A stretch of 64,000 bases of DNA, from contig JAOXRU010000126.1 of assembly GCA_025800395.1 (NCBI GenBank), positions 9,717-73,716 on the forward strand, given 5' to 3'. The stretch comes from Flavobacteriaceae bacterium (GTDB lineage: Bacteria > Bacteroidota > Bacteroidia > Flavobacteriales > Flavobacteriaceae). Numbering within the stretch: the first letter of the stretch is position 1; each line of letters starts with the position of its first letter. The notes beneath the pieces were generated by a model. The model ran no database searches. It saw nothing but the letters and a program-made list of their open reading frames with translations, and had not been told where the DNA came from. Shown here one piece after another: positions 8,944-16,145 of this stretch. A program made the position numbers and the translations under genes.

Positions 8944-11370
8944 ATGGGGAAATTAAAATCTGCCTTACCACATATTGCAGCAGTGATATTGTTTATAATT
9001 ACTGCTTTACTATTTTTTAATCCGGTTTTGCAGGGTAAAAAACTATTTCAATCCGACATTGCCCAATATAAAGGAATGTCGAAAGAACAAACAGATTTTA
9101 GAGAGAAAGAAGGTGAAGAACCATATTGGACCAATAGTGCTTTTGGAGGTATGCCTACCTATCAGTTGGGGGCACAATATCCCTATGCTTTTGTAAAAAA
9201 AATAGATAAAACCATACGTTTTTTACCTAGACCGGCGGATTATTTGTTTTTGTACTTTGTTGGGTTTTATATTCTTTTGTTGGTGATGAAGGTCGATTAT
9301 AGACTGGCGTTTCTTGGCGCAATTGCTTTTGGTTTTTCTACCTACAATATCATTATTTTTGAAGCGGGGCACAACGCCAAAGCCCATGCAATAGGTTATT
9401 TTCCACTCTTGTTGGCAGGTATTCTATTGTTGTTTCAAAGAAAGTACTTATGGGGATTTTTACTCACTAGCTTGGCTATGGCTTTAGAATTGGTCGCCAA
9501 TCATGTGCAGATGACTTACTACTACGGATTGTTGGTTGTTATTATGGGATTGTTTTATTTATACGATGCTTTTAAGAGCAAACAATTAGCCCATTTTTTT
9601 AAAGCGGTAGGTTTGGCCTTTTTAGCAGTTTTATTGGGACTTAGTGTAAATGCTACCAATTTGTTGGCCACCAAAGAATATGCCGCTTGGAGTACGCGAG
9701 GTAAGTCTCCATTGACCACTTTACCCGATGGCTCCCCAAAGGAAGTTAGGGATGGCTTAGATCCAGCTTATATCACACAATATTCGGTAGAACCTTTTGA
9801 ATCACTCAATGTATTTGTGCCGAGAATAATGGGTGGGGGAAGCACCGAAAATTTGGGAGATTCTTCTCATATATATGATTTTTTGATGCGTCAGGGTGTA
9901 CCTGCTTCTCAAGCTGGGGAATTCGCTGCTGCTGTTCCGACCTATTGGGGAGAACAAATCATAGTGGGTGCGCCGCCTTATATAGGAGCGGTTGTACTAT
10001 TTCTGTTTGTTTTAGGCTGTTTTATTGTGCCGCCAAAACAACGTTGGTGGCTGTTGGCAGGAACGTTTTTTGCCTTGTTACTTTCTTGGGGAAGACATTT
10101 TGAGGGATTTACCAATTTCATGATAGATTATTTCCCTTTGTACAACAAATTTAGGGCGGTTTCATCCATACAAGTGGTTATGGAATTTTGTGCACCGCTG
10201 ATGGCTGTGCTAGCATTGCAACAATGGTTTTCTAAAGAAATAACTGCGGAGAAAAAACAAAAAATATTGTATTGGAGTGGAGGAATTGTTGTTGGTTTTT
10301 GTTTGTTTTTGTTTGGAATCCAATCTAGCTTGGATTTTTCGGGTGCTATAGATGGAAGACTTGCAGGCTATGGACAAGAATTTATTGATATTATCAAAAA
10401 AGATAGAAAGGAAGTATATACTTCCGATTTGTTCCGTACTAGTGTTTATGTATTGCTTACTATTGGTGTGCTATGGTTGGTCAATAAGGAAAAACTAAAA
10501 ATGTCTTTGGGAGTTGGCGCCATATTATTGTTGGTGATTTTTGATTTGGTAGGAATCAATAACCGATATTTGAGCAAGGAGGACTACGTAAGAGCTAGAG
10601 TGATCGATAAGCCATTTCAGGCAACCCAAGCCGATAAGAGCATACTTAAGGATACCTCGCATTATAGAGTTTTGGACATGACTACTGGTCTCAATGGAGC
10701 ACGAAGTAGTTTCTTTCACCATTCTTTGGGTGGATACCATGCAGCCAAACCTGGGAGATTGCAAGAAATTTGGGAATATCAAATTGCAAAAGGAAATATG
10801 GGTCTTATCAATATGCTGGAAGTGAAATATATCCTAGATCGTGGGGAGGATGGTAAACTGACGGTTTCCAAAAATCCATATACCAACGGCAATGCTTGGT
10901 TTGTAAACCAGTTGCAAGCTGTGCAAAATGCAGATGAAGAAATGGCGGCCCTCGAAGAGCTTCCAACAGATAGTATTGCGGTTTTTAATCAATCTTTGTT
11001 TCCAGATAGAACAATTCAGACTTATGTAAAGGATAGTTTGGCTCATATCGAATTACTGTCGTACAAACCCAATCATTTGGTTTATCGTTCTAATAATCAA
11101 AATAAGGGAATGGCTGTTTTTTCCGAAATGTATTACCAACCTGGATGGAATGCATATATAGATGGGGAATTACAATCGCATATCCAAGTAAATTATGTAT
11201 TGCGCGCTATGGAAATTCCAGCGGGAACGCACCAAATAGAATTCAAGTTTGAACCTAAGGTGATCGCCAAAGGCAGTACAATAACCTTGACTGGCGGTGT
11301 AATTTGGATTTTGGTTTTTGCCGCAGGTATGTGGTATCGCAAAAAACAGCAGCCTCAAACCAATGACTAA
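8944..11370 (+). CDS. YfhO-family polytopic membrane protein (putative glycosyl-transfer/glycan-modification membrane enzyme)
   Basis: 808 aa with many hydrophobic segments, a WTNSAFGGMPTYQ motif near the N-terminus, a large soluble C-terminal domain and a terminal TM helix. Confidence 0.7.
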   Translation: MGKLKSALPHIAAVILFIITALLFFNPVLQGKKLFQSDIAQYKGMSKEQTDFREKEGEEPYWTNSAFGGMPTYQLGAQYPYAFVKKIDKTIRFLPRPADYLFLYFVGFYILLLVMKVDYRLAFLGAIAFGFSTYNIIIFEAGHNAKAHAIGYFPLLLAGILLLFQRKYLWGFLLTSLAMALELVANHVQMTYYYGLLVVIMGLFYLYDAFKSKQLAHFFKAVGLAFLAVLLGLSVNATNLLATKEYAAWSTRGKSPLTTLPDGSPKEVRDGLDPAYITQYSVEPFESLNVFVPRIMGGGSTENLGDSSHIYDFLMRQGVPASQAGEFAAAVPTYWGEQIIVGAPPYIGAVVLFLFVLGCFIVPPKQRWWLLAGTFFALLLSWGRHFEGFTNFMIDYFPLYNKFRAVSSIQVVMEFCAPLMAVLALQQWFSKEITAEKKQKILYWSGGIVVGFCLFLFGIQSSLDFSGAIDGRLAGYGQEFIDIIKKDRKEVYTSDLFRTSVYVLLTIGVLWLVNKEKLKMSLGVGAILLLVIFDLVGINNRYLSKEDYVRARVIDKPFQATQADKSILKDTSHYRVLDMTTGLNGARSSFFHHSLGGYHAAKPGRLQEIWEYQIAKGNMGLINMLEVKYILDRGEDGKLTVSKNPYTNGNAWFVNQLQAVQNADEEMAALEELPTDSIAVFNQSLFPDRTIQTYVKDSLAHIELLSYKPNHLVYRSNNQNKGMAVFSEMYYQPGWNAYIDGELQSHIQVNYVLRAMEIPAGTHQIEFKFEPKVIAKGSTITLTGGVIWILVFAAGMWYRKKQQPQTND

Positions 11371-12664
11371 AGAAATCAAAAAGATTGGTATAGTAGCCTA
11401 TTATTGGCCACCAGCAGGTGGTCCGGGTGTACAACGATGGCTTTATTTTTGTAAATATTTGACTAAGTTGGGATTTGAAGTACATGTTTTTTTGCCCAAA
11501 ACACCACATTATCCTATGCAAGATAGAAGTCTATTGAATGAAGTGGATGCGGATATAAAAATACATAAGACGGCATTTTTTGAACCTTATGGTTTTGCCA
11601 GATTGTTTGGGAAGAAACGAGTTAAAAGTATTAGTTCCGGCATTATACCAGAAAAGAAGCCTAGTGCGATTGCCAAATTATTGTTGACTATTCGAGGTAA
11701 TTTTTTTATACCAGACGCTAGAAAATACTGGAGAAAACCAGGAGGGAGACAAATAGCAGCTGTGCATAAAGAAGAGAAACTCGATCTGATTATCACTACA
11801 GGACCACCGCATAGTGTACATCTATTGGGTAAAGACATCCAAGACCAATTGGGCATTCCGTGGATAGCTGACTTTAGAGATCCATGGACAAGCATTGGTT
11901 ACCATCAAAAACTTGGTTTGTGTTCTTGGGCAGCAAAAAAACATAAACAGTTAGAAAAAGAAATATTGGATGCTGCATCTGCCTTGGTGGTGACCAGTTT
12001 TGCAACGGCAAAAGAATTTCAAAGAATAACTCAAACCCCTATACAGTTAATAACCAATGGTTTTGAGCCAAAACCTATTCCAGAACAATCTATAGATGAC
12101 AAATTTTCTTTGGTGCATATTGGTTCGTTGTTAAGTGCTAGAAATCCTAAGATCTTATGGGAAGTTTTGGTGGAATTGTTGGAAGAGGTCAACGGTTTTA
12201 TAGAAGATCTGCAATTGGAGTTTGTAGGTATAATTGGTGAAGAAATACAAGAAGATATAGCCAGATTTGGATTAGAATCTTATACCCGATATACAGGATA
12301 TTTGTCGCATGAGGAAGTGTTGCGAAAACAAAGACAATCCCGCTTGCTATTGTTGTTGGAAATAGATGCGGAAATCACCCGAGGTATTATACCCGGAAAA
12401 CTGTTTGAATATATGGATAGCGGTCGTCCCATTTTGGCTTTAGGCCCTCAAAAATGGGATGTAGCCAAAATATTGAACAATAAGGAGGCTACTTATTGTT
12501 TGTGGCAAAAAGATAAGCAGGGGATCAAAGCCCAGTTGTTGCATTGGTATAAATGCTACAAGCAAAATATAAATACAAAACAGCAATATGCTGTGGAAAC
12601 GTATACGAGAAATGCTATAAGTAAGCAGTTAGTGCAATTTATAACATCCAAACCATGGGAATAG
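11363..12664 (+). CDS. Glycosyltransferase, GT-B fold (family 4-like)
   Basis: The ATG at 11363 overlaps the upstream stop (ATGACTAA). N-terminus IGIVAYYWPPAGGPGVQR; C-terminal sugar-donor region PGKLFEYMDSGRPILAL. Confidence 0.8.
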   Translation: MTKEIKKIGIVAYYWPPAGGPGVQRWLYFCKYLTKLGFEVHVFLPKTPHYPMQDRSLLNEVDADIKIHKTAFFEPYGFARLFGKKRVKSISSGIIPEKKPSAIAKLLLTIRGNFFIPDARKYWRKPGGRQIAAVHKEEKLDLIITTGPPHSVHLLGKDIQDQLGIPWIADFRDPWTSIGYHQKLGLCSWAAKKHKQLEKEILDAASALVVTSFATAKEFQRITQTPIQLITNGFEPKPIPEQSIDDKFSLVHIGSLLSARNPKILWEVLVELLEEVNGFIEDLQLEFVGIIGEEIQEDIARFGLESYTRYTGYLSHEEVLRKQRQSRLLLLLEIDAEITRGIIPGKLFEYMDSGRPILALGPQKWDVAKILNNKEATYCLWQKDKQGIKAQLLHWYKCYKQNINTKQQYAVETYTRNAISKQLVQFITSKPWE

Positions 12665-14154
12665 TAGCCAAACAATCGGTTCACAATACGATCATTACTT
12701 TCCTAGGTTTTGGTATTGGTGCTGTGAATGTACTGTTTTTTTATACTGCTATTTTGGGGAAATTGTATTATGGTATGCAAGGTTATATTGTTTCTGTTGC
12801 GATGCTTTTATATCCTCTTATTGCCTTTGGAATTCCCAATGCTATAGTGAAATACTATAGTGCGTATTCTTCGGAAAAAGATAAAAACAAGCTGATGACC
12901 ATATTTTTGTTGCTACCTATAATGATAGGATTATTGGTAGGGGGAATGGGTATGCTTTTATGGGGTGTTTTTGATTTGGATACAGAAAACCAACAATTGC
13001 TCAAACCTTATTATTGGACTGTTTTTGTAATAGGATTTGCTATTGCGTATTTTGAGGTGTTCTATGCTTATGCTCGGGTACAAATGCAATCTGTTTATGG
13101 CAATTTTTTGAAAGAAGTATTTCATCGAATAGCTATTTCTATTGCTTTGGGTTTGGTATATACCAATTTTTTACTGTTAGAGGATTTTATTTATGCCCTT
13201 ACAGCAATATATGTTTTGCGTTTACTTCTAATGATGATACAGGCATTTAAACTTCGTAAGCCTCGGTTGAACTTTGGGGAGTTGCCCAATAAAAAAGAGG
13301 TCTTTCGCTATGCGATATATATGCTATTGGCTGCTTCTATAGCCATAGTATTGTTGGATTTGGATGTGTTTATGATAGAGCGTTTTTTACCGGTAACAGA
13401 AATAGGGGTGTATAAAATTGCTATTTTTATTGCTGTTGTAGTTGGGGTGCCCTCTAGGGCAATGCACCAGATTACGTACCCACTTACTGCCCAATTGCTT
13501 AATAATGGAGATATGCAGGCATTGGAGAAACTGTATAAAAAAAGCGCCTCTAATCTTTTGCTTTTTGCTGGTTTTTTACTGATGCTAGTTTTGAGTAATC
13601 TTTCTTCCTTATATGCGCTCATTCCAAAGCAGTTTCCAATGTATTTTAATATAGTATTGCTTGTTGGGCTCGCAAAGCTCTTTGATAATGCACTGGGAAT
13701 CTGCAACGCCATATTGTTTAATTCTGATGCTTATAAAATGGCATTATATTTTGGAATAGGGGTAATGTTATTGGCGATATTGCTCAATGTTGGAATGATA
13801 CCTTCTTTTGGTATAGAGGGTGCGGCTTGGGCTACTGCGATTAGTTTTTTTGCTTATAATATCGCAAAAGTCTATTTTGTATATCGAAAATTTGTTATGC
13901 ATCCTTTTCAAATGAAAAGTATTTTCATCCTATTGAGTATTGCTATTTTAACCTTGGTAGGGGTGGTATGGGAATGGCGATGGGAACCTATATCGTATAT
14001 GGGCATAAATTGGACTATAGTAGCTATCATTGCTATCAAATCCCTATTGTTGAGTGTGCTGTTTTGGACGCTTGCCTATACGTTCAATTTCTCAGAAGAT
14101 TTTAATGCTGTTTTAAAAAAATGGCTTTTTTCCTTTAGAAAACCACAAAGCTGA
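12655..14154 (+). CDS. Polysaccharide/oligosaccharide flippase (MOP/Wzx-like)
   Basis: Start overlaps the upstream stop (ATGGGAATAG). Highly hydrophobic multi-TM protein with the N-terminus KQSVHNTIITFLGFGIGAVNVLFFY. Confidence 0.8.
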   Translation: MGIVAKQSVHNTIITFLGFGIGAVNVLFFYTAILGKLYYGMQGYIVSVAMLLYPLIAFGIPNAIVKYYSAYSSEKDKNKLMTIFLLLPIMIGLLVGGMGMLLWGVFDLDTENQQLLKPYYWTVFVIGFAIAYFEVFYAYARVQMQSVYGNFLKEVFHRIAISIALGLVYTNFLLLEDFIYALTAIYVLRLLLMMIQAFKLRKPRLNFGELPNKKEVFRYAIYMLLAASIAIVLLDLDVFMIERFLPVTEIGVYKIAIFIAVVVGVPSRAMHQITYPLTAQLLNNGDMQALEKLYKKSASNLLLFAGFLLMLVLSNLSSLYALIPKQFPMYFNIVLLVGLAKLFDNALGICNAILFNSDAYKMALYFGIGVMLLAILLNVGMIPSFGIEGAAWATAISFFAYNIAKVYFVYRKFVMHPFQMKSIFILLSIAILTLVGVVWEWRWEPISYMGINWTIVAIIAIKSLLLSVLFWTLAYTFNFSEDFNAVLKKWLFSFRKPQS

Positions 14155-14170
14155 TTGTACTTCATATGTC

Positions 14171-14210
14171 AAAAAAAAGCCATTTAGAAAAAATAATCTA
14201 AATAGCTTTT
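14171..14210. terminator. Bidirectional terminator between convergent genes
   Basis: AGCCATTTAGA / TCTAAATAGCT stem (one mismatch) flanked by A8 and T4 tracts. Confidence 0.55.
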
Positions 14211-14233
14211 TCGGTAATCCAATTCACTTTCAC

Positions 14234-15382
14234 TTAGCTACGTCTTCCGCTCGATCTACTAGATCGGACACGACTATCGTTGCTTCTATTGTTGTTGCTT
14301 CTCGCAGTACTGTTCGTTCTCTTGGTCGATGTTTTTGAGGAGCGACTGTATGTATTATTCGTACTCTTGGGCGACAAGCTGCGTCCTCTAGTGCTGCTTC
14401 TTGTTGTGGAAGCAGTACGCTGATTATTGTTACGATTTGTCCTTTTAGATCTTGTTGTTGTTGTGTTTCTATTTACGGCAGTGCCTCTACTGTAAGTATT
14501 TCTGTCTGTCGTAGCGTCCCTGTTGGATCGTGCTTGTCTCGAGTTGTTTCTGTTTATAGCAGTGGTTCTGCTTGATCTGGTTTGGCTCGAGTTGTTTCTG
14601 TTGTAATTCCCTCTATTGCTTCGCTTGTTTGCCGTTCGACTACGGTTGTTGTCGGCATAAAGATTTCTATTGCTACGTGGCGATCTTGCTCGAACCTCTC
14701 TATGGTTGTTGTAAGTCGCTTTTCTGTGGTAGCGATTGTAATTCTTGTGATATCTTTTACCTACGCGAACATAATGTGGTCTGCGGTTGTTGTGATATGG
14801 CCTGTGATAGGTATATCGTATAGGTCTGTAGTACTCCCTATATGGGGTGTGATATACTATACAATGTTCTACGCTAGGTCGAATAAAGGTCTTGTACCAC
14901 GGACGGAAAACAAATCTCCTATTCCATCTATTGATGTAACCTCTGTGGTACTCCAATCTACCATAAGTATCAAAATATACATGCATATTTCCAACACGGT
15001 AAAGACGGTTGCGTCTGTAATCGATATCTACAGAGCCGATTTGTTGTACCCTTCCGTAATAGTCGTAATAAATCGGAATGTTCTCTATCTGTATCACAGC
15101 ACCATAAGCGTCATACTGTACATAGGCATCGTAGGTGTAGCCAGAGTTAAAACTCAAACGCAATGGACCAAAATCGGCATAAGCGTTTACGCCACATACC
15201 TGATTGATGGTGAAGTCGAATTCTCCGTTGGGAAAAATTGAAAAGGTGATTCCTTCTTCTTCAAAAATAATAGAATTTCCGTAAGAAGCTCTGAATCGAT
15301 GTAAATTCTCTTGATTGGTTCCTGTGCTTGCATATACAAATGCTCCTAGGAATACAAATAATAATGTGATAATTTTTCTCAT
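14234..15382 (-). CDS. Secreted protein with a Tyr-rich N-terminal domain and an extremely basic Arg/Ser/Asn/Thr-rich low-complexity C-terminal tail
   Basis: Signal peptide MRKIITLLFVFLGAFVYAST, then a structured-looking region (IPIYYDYYGRV). A Y/H/R-rich segment follows, then residues 231-382 are almost entirely R, S, N and T. Confidence 0.7.
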   Translation of the reverse strand: MRKIITLLFVFLGAFVYASTGTNQENLHRFRASYGNSIIFEEEGITFSIFPNGEFDFTINQVCGVNAYADFGPLRLSFNSGYTYDAYVQYDAYGAVIQIENIPIYYDYYGRVQQIGSVDIDYRRNRLYRVGNMHVYFDTYGRLEYHRGYINRWNRRFVFRPWYKTFIRPSVEHCIVYHTPYREYYRPIRYTYHRPYHNNRRPHYVRVGKRYHKNYNRYHRKATYNNHREVRARSPRSNRNLYADNNRSRTANKRSNRGNYNRNNSSQTRSSRTTAINRNNSRQARSNRDATTDRNTYSRGTAVNRNTTTTRSKRTNRNNNQRTASTTRSSTRGRSLSPKSTNNTYSRSSKTSTKRTNSTARSNNNRSNDSRVRSSRSSGRRS

Positions 15383-15430
15383 AACGCTTCTTTTTAATTT
15401 CCTTTAATAGGAAGGTTCGATTATAGAAAT

Positions 15431-15445
15431 ACAAACAGCGTGCCA
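15431..15445 (-). promoter_or_regulatory. sigma54-like -24/-12 element TGGCACGCTGTTTGT
   Basis: The minus strand reads TTGGCACG-CTGT-TTGTA against the consensus TGGCACG-N4-TTGCW, with canonical GG/GC spacing and one mismatch in the -12 GC. It ends 48 nt upstream of the ATG at 15382. Confidence 0.35.
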
Positions 15446-15570
15446 AAAAACAAAAGGGAATAAATATACGTGTGTAATACCAATAGCGTCCAAAACGTTT
15501 AAAAAAGAGGTGGGAAATTCTGTTCCACAAAGTTACCTTTGTGGTGCAATTCAAAAAAACCCTTCCTCAT

Positions 15571-15900
15571 ATGGTAAATGTAACTTTATTTTCTCAAATA
15601 ATCGGCAAACTAGATTGCTCAAGCTTTAAAAAACTAGTTGCTTCTTATAAAACCGAAAAACATCAAAAAGGTTTTGATAGCTGGTCTCATTTGGTGTCTA
15701 TGTTTTGTCAATTTGCCAACAGTCAATCCGTACGAGATATTGGTAATGGGTTGCGTTCTGCATCGGGTAACCTAAATCATTTAGGAATGTTAAAAGCACC
15801 TTCAAAATCTACCTTGAGTTATCAAAACAAAAACAGAAGTTGGGAACTCTTTAGAGATTACTACTATGTACTATTAAAAAGTTTAGGACAGCAGAGGTAA
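15571..15900 (+). pseudogene. N-terminal remnant of an IS4-family (DUF4372-type) transposase
   Basis: MVNVTLFSQIIGKL...FDSWSHLVSMFCQFANSQSVRDIGNGLRSASGNLNHLG...APSKSTLSYQNKNRSWELFRDYYY resembles the N-terminal domain of Bacteroidota IS4 transposases. The ORF stops after ~110 aa, no DDE domain follows in any frame, and I found no terminal inverted repeats. Confidence 0.65.
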
Positions 15901-16012
15901 TTTCAAATGGCAAATTGTATAATCAACACAAAAGAAGGTTTTTGATAAATTTCAGATGTATTAACAAAAATAGGAGGACAAAATACTTGTGTAGGTAAAA
16001 CATATGGCAAGG

Positions 16013-16047
16013 AAAAAGCCTCATAGTTTTCGAGAAAACTACAAGGC
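16013..16047 (-). terminator. Intrinsic terminator on the minus strand (for uvrA and/or a short transcript from the sigma54-like box)
   Basis: The minus strand reads GCCTTGTAGTTTTC-TC-GAAAACTATGAGGC followed by TTTTT (internal 2-nt mismatch). Confidence 0.5.
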
Positions 16048-16105
16048 CCAATAACCAACTAACCAAAACTAACTTTTATATAATGATTTTTTTATTTAGT
16101 ATATG

Positions 16106-16120
16106 GCAAACACTGTGCCA
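16106..16120 (-). promoter_or_regulatory. sigma54-like -24/-12 element TGGCACAGTGTTTGC
   Basis: The minus strand reads TTGGCACA-GTGT-TTGCC, with both GG and GC dinucleotides intact at canonical spacing. It lies 26 nt downstream of the uvrA stop and has no ORF downstream of it. Confidence 0.35.
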
Positions 16121-16145
16121 AAAATACAATTTAAGCTTGTTTTGT

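Noticed and set aside
14572-15241. Long plus-strand ORFs (83 aa and 219 aa) antisense to the basic-tail gene
   Set aside because: They are shadow ORFs created by the biased low-complexity codon usage of the minus-strand gene. They have no start context or signal and a Val/Ser/Ile-rich nonsense composition.
15923-16024. A 33-aa hydrophobic minus-strand ORF (MRLFPCHMFYLHKYFVLLFLLIHLKFIKNLLLC) downstream of the orphan sigma54-like box
   Set aside because: Its ATG lies inside the 3' arm of the terminator hairpin, so it would sit after the predicted transcript end. There is no other support.
15432-16124. An ~18-nt imperfect direct repeat (CAAACAGCGTGCCAAAAA at 15432 and CAAACACTGTGCCAAAAA at 16107) flanking the transposase remnant, considered as a target-site duplication
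   Set aside because: It is too long and too imperfect for an IS4-type duplication. The shared bases are exactly the sigma54 -24/-12 consensus on the minus strand, which explains the similarity better.
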